Assembly (NCBI GenBank): GCA_964057225.1 | Contig: OZ059896.1 | Span: 1,240,001 to 1,304,000, forward strand | Origin: Auanema rhodensis | Lineage: Eukaryota > Animalia > Nematoda | DNA length: 64,000 nt | Direction: 5' to 3' | Shown here: positions 1 through 11,400 of the stretch, one piece after another | Layout of the letters: each line of letters begins with the position of its first letter | Numbering within the stretch: the stretch's first letter is position 1 | Position numbers and translations under genes: made by a program | Notes under the pieces: model-generated | Seen by the model: only the letters and a program-made list of their open reading frames with translations | Told to the model about the DNA's origin: nothing | Database searches by the model: none

Positions 1-350
1 TTAGTTATGATCGTTTGAAAAATGATGCATTAGTGTATGTTGAGTTTCCATGTACACTCAACATTGCTTCCAAAAACATTTTGACAAAATTTTTTCGAAA
101 AATTTCAAAATAATTTCGCAAAAAGTAGATGTTTTTAGATTCCTTTTTTTGAGGCAAAAACGATGGACAATGTTATTCAACGAAAAAATTAATTCTTCAG
201 GGTGAAAATCGAGGATATAAGTGTGAACTTATATCAGTTAATATCTCGGTGCATTTTTCAGCTAGCGCAAATCTGATAACACAGATCGAAGCAGCTTAAA
301 AATCCGCATCGAATGCACTATAATACATTAAGAAACGCTCAATACAAAAA
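1..350. repeat. Representative monomer (350-bp class; phase is arbitrary)
   Basis: The next copy starts at 351. 108 of 350 bases are G+C by hand count, with many A4-6/T4-7 tracts. Confidence 0.97.
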
Positions 351-564
351 TTAGTTATGATCGTTTGAAAAATGATGCATTAGTGTATGTTGAGTTTCCA
401 TGTACACTCAAAATTGCTTCCAAAAACATTTTGACAAAAATTTTTTCGAAAAATTTCAAAATAATTTAGCAAAAAGTAGATGTTTTTAGATTCCTTCTTT
501 CAAGGCAAAAACGATGGGCAATGTTATTCAACGAAAAAATTAATTCTTCAGGGTGAAAATCGAG

Positions 565-586
565 GATATAAGTGTGAACTTATATC
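565..586. other. Perfect 9-bp inverted repeat with 4-nt loop (example copy; once per monomer)
   Basis: GATATAAGT-[GTGA]-ACTTATATC. Confidence 0.88.
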
Positions 587-2350
587 AGTTGATATCTCGG
601 TGCATTTTTAAGCTAGCGCAAATCTGATAACACAGATCGACGCAGCTTAAAAAACCGCATCGAATGCACTATATTACATTGAGAAAAGCTTAATACAAAA
701 ATTAGTTATGATCGTTTGAAAAATGATGCATTAGTGTATGTTGAGTTTCCATGTACACTCAACATTGCTTCCAAAAACATTTTGACAAAAATTTTTTCGA
801 AAAATTTCAAAATAATTTAGCAAAAAGTAGATGTTTTTAGATTCCTTTTTTCAAGGCAAAAACGATGGACAATGTTATTCAACGAAAAAATTAATTCTTC
901 AGGGTGAAAATCGAGGATATAAGTGTGAACTTATATCAGATGATATCTAGGTGCATTTTTAAGCTAGCGCAAATCTGATAACACAGATCGACGCAGCTTA
1001 AAAATCCGCATCGAATGCACTATACTACATTAAGCAACGCTCAATACAAAAATTAGTTATGATCGTTTGAAAAATGATGCATTAGTGTATGTTGAGTTTC
1101 CATGTACACTCAAAATTGCTTCCAAAAACATTTTGACAAAAATTTTTTCGAAAAATTTCAAAATAATTTAGCAAAAAGTAGATGTTTTTAGATTCCTTCT
1201 TTCAAGGCAAAAACGATGGACAATGTTATTCAACGAAAAAATTAATTCTTCAGGGTGAAAATCGAGGATATAAGTGTGAACTTATATCAGTTGATATCTC
1301 GGTGCATTTTTAAGTTAGCGCAAATCTGATAACACAGATCGACGCAGCTTAAAAATCCGCATCGAATGCATTATACTACATTAAGAAAAGCTTAATACAA
1401 AAATTAGTTATGATCGTTTGAAAAATGATGCATTAGTGTATGTTGAGTTTCCATGTACACTCAAAATTGCTTCCAAAAACATTTTGACAAAAATTTTTTC
1501 GAAAAATTTCAAAATAATTTAGCAAAAAGTAGATGTTTTTAGATTCCTTCTTTCAAGGCAAAAACGATGGACAATGTTATTCAACGAAAAAATTAATTCT
1601 TCAGGGTGAAAATCGAGGATATAAGTGTGAACTTATATCAGTTGATATCTCGGTGCATTTTTAAGCTGGCGCAAATCTGATAACACAGATCGACGCAGCT
1701 TAAAAATCCGCATCGAATGCATTATACTACATGGAAAAACGCTCATCACAAAAATTAGTTATGATCGTTTGAAAAATGATGCATTAGTGTATGTTGAGTT
1801 TCCATGTACACTCAACATTGCTTCCAAAAACATTTTGACAAAATTTTTTCGAAAAATTTCAAAATAATTTCGCAAAAAGTAGATGTTTTTAGATTCCTTT
1901 TTTTGAGGCAAAAACGATGGACAATGTTATTCAACGAAAAAATTAATTCTTCAGGGTGAAAATCGAGGATATAAGTGTGAACTTATATCAGTTAATATCT
2001 CGGTGCATTTTTAAGCTAGCGCAAATCTGATAACACAGATCGACGCAGCTTAAAAAACCGCATCGAATGCACTATACTACATTGAGAAACGCTTAATACA
2101 AAAATTAGTTATGATCGTTTGAAAAATGATGCATTAGTGTATGTTGAGTTTCCATGTACACTCAAAATTGCTTCCAAAAACATTTTGACAAAAATTTTTT
2201 CGAAAAATTTCAAAAAAATTTAGCAAAAAGTAGATGTTTTTAGATTCCTTCTTTCAAGGCAAAAACGATGGACAATGTTATTCAACGAAAAAATTAATTC
2301 TTCAGGGTGAAAATCGAGGATATAAGTGTGAACTTATATCAGTTGATATC

Positions 2351-2417
2351 TCGGTGCATTTTTAAGCTAGCGCAAATCTGATAACACAGATCGACGCAGC
2401 TTAAAAATCCGCATCGA
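2351..2417. other. 67-nt imperfect inverted repeat (example copy; present with variants in every full monomer)
   Basis: TCGGTGC-ATTTTTAAGCT-A-GCG-CAA-ATCTG-[ATAACA]-CAGAT-CGA-CGC-AGCTTAAAAAT-CC-GCATCGA, with an 11-bp perfect core stem. Confidence 0.85.
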
Positions 2418-5400
2418 ATGCATTATACTACATGGAGAAACGCTCATCACAAAAATTAGTTATGATCGTTTGAAAAATGATGCATTAGTGTATCTTGAGT
2501 TTCCATGTACACTCAACATTGCTTCCAAAAACATTTTGACAAAATTTTTTCGAAAAATTTCAAAATAATTTCGCAAAAAGTAGATGTTTTTAGATTCCTT
2601 TTTTTGAGGCAAAAACGATGGACAATGTTATTCAACGAAAAAATTAATTCTTCAGGGTGAAAATCGAGGATATAAGTGTAAACTTATATCAGTTAATATC
2701 TCGGTGCATTTTTAAGCTAGCGCAAATCTGATAACATAGATCGACGCAGCTTAAAAGTCCGCATCGAATGCACTATACTACATTAAGAAAAGCTTAATAC
2801 AAAAATTAGTTATGATCGTTTGAAAAATGATGCATTAGTGTATGTTGAGTTTCCATGTACACTCAAAATTGCTTCCAAAAACATTTTGACAAAAATTTTT
2901 TCGAAAAATTTCAAAATAATTTAGCAAAAAGTAGATGTTTTTAGATTCCTTTTTTCGAGGCAAAAACGATGGACAATGTTATTCAACGAAAAAAATAATT
3001 CTTCAGGGTGAAAATCGAGGATATAAGTGTGAACTTATATCAGTTGATATCTCGGTGCATTTTTAAGCTAGCGCAAATCTGATAACACAGATCGAAGCAG
3101 CTTAAAAATCCGCATCGAATGCATTATACTACATGGAGAAACGCTCATCACAAAAATTAGTTATGATCGTTTGAAAAATGATGCATTAGTGTATGTTGAG
3201 TTTCCATGTACACTCAACATTGCTTCCAAAAACATTTTGACAAAATTTTTTCGAAAAATTTCAAAATAATTTCGCAAAAAGTAGATGTTTTTAGATTCCT
3301 TTTTTTGAGGCAAAAACGATGGACAATGTTATTCAACGAAAAAATTAATTCTTCAGGGTGAAAATCGAGGATATAAGTGTGAACTTATATCAGTTAATAT
3401 CTCGGTGCATTTTTAAGCTAGCGCAAATCTGATAACATAGATCGACGCAGCTTAAAAGTCCGCATCGAATGCACTATACTACATTAAAAAAAGCTTAATA
3501 CAAAAATTAGTTATGATCGTTTGAAAAATGATGCATTAGTGTATGTTGAGTTTCCATGTACACTCAAAATTGCTTCCAAAAACATTTTGACAAAAATTTT
3601 TTCGAAAAATTTCAAAATAATTTAGCAAAAAGTAGATGTTTTTAGATTCCTTCTTTCAAGGCAAAAACGATGGACAATGTTATTAAACGAAAAAATTAAT
3701 TCTTCAGGACGAAAATCGAGGATATAAGTGTGAACTTATATCAGTTAATATCTCGGTGCATTTTTAAGCTAGCGCAAATCTGATAACATAGATCGACGCA
3801 GCTTAAAAGTCCGCATCGAATGCACTATACTACATTAAGAAAAGCTTAATACAAAAATTAGTTATGATCGTTTGAAAAATGATGCATTAGTGTATGTTGA
3901 GTTTCCATGTACACTCAAAATTGCTTCCAAAAACATTTTGACAAAAATTTTTTCGAAAAATTTCAAAATAATTTAGCAAAAAGTAGATGTTTTTAGATTC
4001 CTTCTTTCAAGGCAAAAACGATGGACAATGTTATTCAACGAAAAAATTAATTCTTCAGGGTGAAAATCGAGGATATAAGTGTGAACTTATATCAGTTGAT
4101 ATCTCGGTGCATTTTTAAGTTAGCGCAAATCTGATAACACAGATCGACGCAGCTTAAAAATCCGCATCGAATGCATTATACTACATTAAGAAAAGCTTAA
4201 TACAAAAATTAGTTATGATCGTTTGAAAAATGATGCATTAGTGTATGTTGAGTTTCCATGTACACTCAAAATTGCTTCCAAAAACATTTTGACAAAAATT
4301 TTTTCGAAAAATTTCAAAATAATTTAGCAAAAAGTAGATGTTTTTAGATTCCTTCTTTCAAGGCAAAAACGATGGACAATGTTATTCAACGAAAAAATTA
4401 ATTCTTCAGGGTGAAAATCGAGGATATAAGTGTGAACTTATATCAGTTGATATCTCGGTGCATTTTTAAGCTGGCGCAAATCTGATAACACAGATCGACG
4501 CAGCTTAAAAATCCGCATCGAATGCATTATACTACATGGAAAAACGCTCATCACAAAAATTAGTTATGATCGTTTGAAAAATGATGCATTAGTGTATGTT
4601 GAGTTTCCATGTACACTCAACATTGCTTCCAAAAACATTTTGACAAAATTTTTTCGAAAAATTTCAAAATAATTTCGCAAAAAGTAGATGTTTTTAGATT
4701 CCTTTTTTTGAGGCAAAAACGATGGACAATGTTATTCAACGAAAAAATTAATTCTTCAGGGTGAAAATCGAGGATATAAGTGTGAACTTATATCAGTTAA
4801 TATCTCGGTGCATTTTTAAGCTAGCGCAAATCTGATAACACAGATCGACGCAGCTTAAAAAACCGCATCGAATGCACTATACTACATTGAGAAACGCTTA
4901 ATACAAAAATTAGTTATGATCGTTTGAAAAATGATGCATTAGTGTATGTTGAGTTTCCATGTACACTCAAAATTGCTTCCAAAAACATTTTGACAAAAAT
5001 TTTTTCGAAAAATTTCAAAATAATTTAGCAAAAAGTAGATGTTTTTAGATTCCTTCTTTCAAGGCAAAAACGATGGACAATGTTATTCAACGAAAAAATT
5101 AATTCTTCAGGGTGAAAATCGAGGATATAAGTGTGAACTTATATCAGTTGATATCTCGGTGCATTTTTAAGCTAGCGCAAATCTGATAACACAGATCGAC
5201 GCAGCTTAAAAATCCGCATCGAATGCATTATACTACATGGAGAAACGCTCATCACAAAAATTAGTTATGATCGTTTGAAAAATGATGCATTAGTGTATCT
5301 TGAGTTTCCATGTACACTCAACATTGCTTCCAAAAACATTTTGACAAAATTTTTTCGAAAAATTTCAAAATAATTTCGCAAAAAGTAGATGTTTTTAGAT

Positions 5401-8400
5401 TCCTTTTTTTGAGGCAAAAACGATGGACAATGTTATTCAACGAAAAAATTAATTCTTCAGGGTGAAAATCGAGGATATAAGTGTAAACTTATATCAGTTA
5501 ATATCTCGGTGCATTTTTAAGCTAGCGCAAATCTGATAACATAGATCGACGCAGCTTAAAAGTCCGCATCGAATGCACTATACTACATTAAGAAAAGCTT
5601 AATACAAAAATTAGTTATGATCGTTTGAAAAATGATGCATTAGTGTATGTTGAGTTTCCATGTACACTCAAAATTGCTTCCAAAAACATTTTGACAAAAA
5701 TTTTTTCGAAAAATTTCAAAATAATTTAGCAAAAAGTAGATGTTTTTAGATTCCTTTTTTCAAGGCAAAAACGATGGACAATGTTATTCAACGAAAAAAA
5801 TAATTCTTCAGGGTGAAAATCGAGGATATAAGTGTGAACTTATATCAGTTGATATCTCGGTGCATTTTTAAGCTAGCGCAAATCTGATAACACAGATCGA
5901 AGCAGCTTAAAAATCCGCATCGAATGCATTATACTACATGGAGAAACGCTCATCACAAAAATTAGTTATGATCGTTTGAAAAATGATGCATTAGTGTATG
6001 TTGAGTTTCCATGTACACTCAACATTGCTTCCAAAAACATTTTGACAAAATTTTTTCGAAAAATTTCAAAATAATTTCGCAAAAAGTAGATGATTTTAGA
6101 TTCCTTTTTTTGAGGCAAAAACGATGGACAATGTTATTCAACGAAAAAATTAATTCTTCAGGGTGAAAATCGAGGATATAAGTGTGAACTTATATCAGTT
6201 AATATCTCGGTGCATTTTTAAGCTAGCGCAAATCTGATAACATAGATCGACGCAGCTTAAAAGTCCGCATCGAATGCACTATACTACATTAAGAAAAGCT
6301 TAATACAAAAATTAGTTATGATCGTTTGAAAAATGATGCATTAGTGTATGTTGAGTTTCCATGTACACTCAAAATTGCTTCCAAAAACATTTTGACAAAA
6401 ATTTTTTCGAAAAATTTCAAAATAATTTAGCAAAAAGTAGATGTTTTTAGATTCCTTCTTTCAAGGCAAAAACGATGGACAATGTTATTAAACGAAAAAA
6501 TTAATTCTTCAGGACGAAAATCGAGGATATAAGTGTGAACTTATATCAGTTAATATCTCGGTGCATTTTTAAGCTAGCGCAAATCTGATAACATAGATCG
6601 ACGCAGCTTAAAAGTCCGCATCGAATGCACTATACTACATTAAGAAAAGCTTAATACAAAAATTAGTTATGATCGTTTGAAAAATGATGCATTAGTGTAT
6701 GTTGAGTTTCCATGTACACTCAAAATTGCTTCCAAAAACATTTTGACAAAAATTTTTTCGAAAAATTTCAAAATAATTTAGCAAAAAGTAGATGTTTTTA
6801 GATTCGTTCTTTCAAGGCAAAAACGATGGACAATGTTATTAAACGAAAAAATTAATTCTTCAGGACGAAAATCGAGGATATAAGTGTGAACTTATATCAG
6901 TTGATATCTCGGTGCATTTTTAAGCTAGCGCAAATCTGATAACACAGATCGACGCAGCTTAAAAGTCCGCATCGAATGCACTATACTACATTAAGAAAAG
7001 CTTAATACAAAAATTAGTTATGATCGTTTGAAAAATGATGCATTAGTGTATGTTGAGTTTCCATGTACACTCAAAATTGCTTCCAAAAACATTTTGACAA
7101 AAATTTTTTCGAAAAATTTCAAAATAATTTAGCAAAAAGTAGATGTTTTTAGATTCCTTCTTTCAAGGCAAAAACGATGGGCAATGTTATTCAACGAAAA
7201 AATTAATTCTTCAGGGTGAAAATCGAGGATATAAGTGTGAACTTATATCAGTTGATATCTCGGTGCATTTTTAAGCTAGCGCAAATCTGATAACACAGAT
7301 CGACGCAGCTTAAAAATCCGCATCGAATGCATTATACTACATGGAGAAACGCTCATCACAAAAATTAGTTATGATCGTTTGAAAAATGATGCATTAGTGT
7401 ATCTTGAGTTTCCATGTACACTCAAAATTGCTTCCAAAAACATTTTGACAAAAATTTTTTCGAAAAATTTCAAAATAATTTAGCAAAAAGTAGATGTTTT
7501 AAGATTCCTTCTTTCAAGGCAAAAACGATGGGCAATGTTATTCAACGAAAAAATTAATTCTTCAGGGTGAAAATCGAGGATATAAGTGTGAACTTATATC
7601 AGTTGATATCTCGGTGCATTTTTAAGCTAGCGCAAATCTGATAACACAGATCGACGCAGCTTAAAAATCCGCATCGAATGCATTATACTACATGGAGAAA
7701 CGCTCATCACAAAAATTAGTTATGATCGTTTGAAAAATAATGCATTAGTGTATCTTGAGTTTCCATGTACACTCAACATTGCTTCCAAAAACATTTTGAC
7801 AAAATTTTTTCGAAAAATTTCAAAATAATTTCGCAAAAAGTAGATGTTTTTAGATTCCTTTTTTTGAGGCAAAAACGATGGACAATGTTATTCAACGAAA
7901 AAATTAATTCTTCAGGGTGAAAATCGAGGATATAAGTGTAAACTTATATCAGTTAATATCTCGGTGCATTTTTAAGCTAGCGCAAATCTGATAACATAGA
8001 TCGACGCAGCTTAAAAGTCCGCATCGAATGCACTATACTACATTAAGAAAAGCTTAATACAAAAATTAGTTATGATCGTTTGAAAAATGATGCATTAGTG
8101 TATGTTGAGTTTCCATGTACACTCAAAATTGCTTCCAAAAACATTTTGACAAAAATTTTTTCGAAAAATTTCAAAATAATTTAGCAAAAAGTAGATGTTT
8201 TTAGATTCCTTCTTTCAAGGCAAAAACGATGGACAATGTTATTCAACGAAAAAATTAATTCTTCAGGGTGAAAATCGAGGATATAAGTGTGAACTTATAT
8301 CAGTTGATATCTCGGTGCATTTTTAAGCTAGCGCAAATCTGATAACACAGATCGACGCAGCTTAAAAATCCGCATCGAATGCATTATACTACATGGAGAA

Positions 8401-11400
8401 ACGCTCATCACAAAAATTAGTTATGATCGTTTGAAAAATGATGCATTAGTGTATCTTGAGTTTCCATGTACACTCAACATTGCTTCCAAAAACATTTTGA
8501 CAAAATTTTTTCGAAAAATTTCAAAATAATTTCGCAAAAAGTAGATGTTTTTAGATTCCTTTTTTTGAGGCAAAAACGATGGACAATGTTATTCAACGAA
8601 AAAATTAATTCTTCAGGGTGAAAATCGAGGATATAAGTGTAAACTTATATCAGTTAATATCTCGGTGCATTTTTAAGCTAGCGCAAATCTGATAACATAG
8701 ATCGACGCAGCTTAAAAGTCCGCATCGAATGCACTATACTACATTAAGAAAAGCTTAATACAAAAATTAGTTATGATCGTTTGAAAAATGATGCATTAGT
8801 GTATGTTGAGTTTCCATGTACACTCAAAATTGCTTCCAAAAACATTTTGACAAAAATTTTTTCGAAAAATTTCAAAATAATTTAGCAAAAAGTAGATGTT
8901 TTTAGATTCCTTTTTTCGAGGCAAAAACGATGGACAATGTTATTCAACGAAAAAAATAATTCTTCAGGGTGAAAATCGAGGATATAAGTGTGAACTTATA
9001 TCAGTTAATATCTCGGTGCATTTTTAAGCTAGCGCAAATCTGATAACACAGATCGACGCAGCTTAAAAAACCGCATCGAATGCACTATACTACATTGAGA
9101 AACGCTTAATACAAAAATTAGTTATGATCGTTTGAAAAATGATGCATTAGTGTATGTTGAGTTTCCATGTACACTCAAAATTGCTTCCAAAAACATTTTG
9201 ACAAAAATTTTTTCGAAAAATTTCAAAATAATTTAGCAAAAAGTAGATGTTTTTAGATTCCTTCTTTCAAGGCAAAAACGATGGACAATGTTATTCAACG
9301 AAAAAATTAATTCTTCAGGGTGAAAATCGAGGATATAAGTGTGAACTTATATCAGTTGATATCTCGGTGCATTTTTAAGCTAGCGCAAATCTGATAACAC
9401 AGATCGACGCAGCTTAAAAATCCGCATCGAATGCATTATACTACATGGAGAAACGCTCATCACAAAAATTAGTTATGATCGTTTGAAAAATGATGCATTA
9501 GTGTATCTTGAGTTTCCATGTACACTCAACATTGCTTCCAAAAACATTTTGACAAAATTTTTTCGAAAAATTTCAAAATAATTTCGCAAAAAGTAGATGT
9601 TTTTAGATTCCTTTTTTTGAGGCAAAAACGATGGACAATGTTATTCAACGAAAAAATTAATTCTTCAGGGTGAAAATCGAGGATATAAGTGTAAACTTAT
9701 ATCAGTTAATATCTCGGTGCATTTTTAAGCTAGCGCAAATCTGATAACATAGATCGACGCAGCTTAAAAGTCCGCATCGAATGCACTATACTACATTAAG
9801 AAAAGCTTAATACAAAAATTAGTTATGATCGTTTGAAAAATGATGCATTAGTGTATGTTGAGTTTCCATGTACACTCAAAATTGCTTCCAAAAACATTTT
9901 GACAAAAATTTTTTCGAAAAATTTCAAAATAATTTAGCAAAAAGTAGATGTTTTTAGATTCCTTTTTTCAAGGCAAAAACGATGGACAATGTTATTCAAC
10001 GAAAAAAATAATTCTTCAGGGTGAAAATCGAGGATATAAGTGTGAACTTATATCAGTTGATATCTCGGTGCATTTTTAAGCTAGCGCAAATCTGATAACA
10101 CAGATCGAAGCAGCTTAAAAATCCGCATCGAATGCATTATACTACATGGAGAAACGCTCATCACAAAAATTAGTTATGATCGTTTGAAAAATGATGCATT
10201 AGTGTATGTTGAGTTTCCATGTACACTCAACATTGCTTCCAAAAACATTTTGACAAAATTTTTTCGAAAAATTTCAAAATAATTTCGCAAAAAGTAGATG
10301 TTTTTAGATTCCTTTTTTTGAGGCAAAAACGATGGACAATGTTATTCAACGAAAAAATTAATTCTTCAGGGTGAAAATCGAGGATATAAGTGTGAACTTA
10401 TATCAGTTAATATCTCGGTGCATTTTTAAGCTAGCGCAAATCTGATAACATAGATCGACGCAGCTTAAAAGTCCGCATCGAATGCACTATACTACATTAA
10501 GAAAAGCTTAATACAAAAATTAGTTATGATCGTTTGAAAAATGATGCATTAGTGTATGTTGAGTTTCCATGTACACTCAAAATTGCTTCCAAAAACATTT
10601 TGACAAAAATTTTTTCGAAAAATTTCAAAATAATTTAGCAAAAAGTAGATGTTTTTAGATTCCTTCTTTCAAGGCAAAAACGATGGACAATGTTATTAAA
10701 CGAAAAAATTAATTCTTCAGGACGAAAATCGAGGATATAAGTGTGAACTTATATCAGTTAATATCTCGGTGCATTTTTAAGCTAGCGCAAATCTGATAAC
10801 ATAGATCGACGCAGCTTAAAAGTCCGCATCGAATGCACTATACTACATTAAGAAAAGCTTAATACAAAAATTAGTTATGATCGTTTGAAAAATGATGCAT
10901 TAGTGTATGTTGAGTTTCCATGTACACTCAAAATTGCTTCCAAAAACATTTTGACAAAAATTTTTTCGAAAAATTTCAAAATAATTTAGCAAAAAGTAGA
11001 TGTTTTTAGATTCGTTCTTTCAAGGCAAAAACGATGGACAATGTTATTAAACGAAAAAATTAATTCTTCAGGACGAAAATCGAGGATATAAGTGTGAACT
11101 TATATCAGTTGATATCTCGGTGCATTTTTAAGCTAGCGCAAATCTGATAACACAGATCGACGCAGCTTAAAAGTCCGCATCGAATGCACTATACTACATT
11201 AAGAAAAGCTTAATACAAAAATTAGTTATGATCGTTTGAAAAATGATGCATTAGTGTATGTTGAGTTTCCATGTACACTCAAAATTGCTTCCAAAAACAT
11301 TTTGACAAAAATTTTTTCGAAAAATTTCAAAATAATTTAGCAAAAAGTAGATGTTTTTAGATTCCTTCTTTCAAGGCAAAAACGATGGGCAATGTTATTC

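Noticed and set aside
4-205. Monomer as an ancient dimer of ~170-175-bp subunits (GTTAT..CG..AAAAA..AG.GT at 4 and 172)
   Set aside because: The similarity is short, gapped and explainable by AT-rich composition. It needs a self-alignment significance test.
1-350. Tandem RNA gene cluster (5S rRNA, tRNA, snRNA, spliced leader)
   Set aside because: I could not recognise a cloverleaf, 5S motifs or convincing Pol III A/B boxes. An Infernal/Rfam scan would be the definitive test.
1-350. Assignment to a known satellite (Drosophila 359-bp, beetle 340-360-bp families, alpha satellite) or a CENP-B box
   Set aside because: Only the length and AT-richness are similar to the insect families. I see no sequence match I can support and no canonical TTCG-N4-A-N2-CGGG box.
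565-600. Intrinsic terminator or bacterial promoter motifs
   Set aside because: There is no gene context and no U-tract after the stem, and such motifs are expected by chance in AT-rich repeats.
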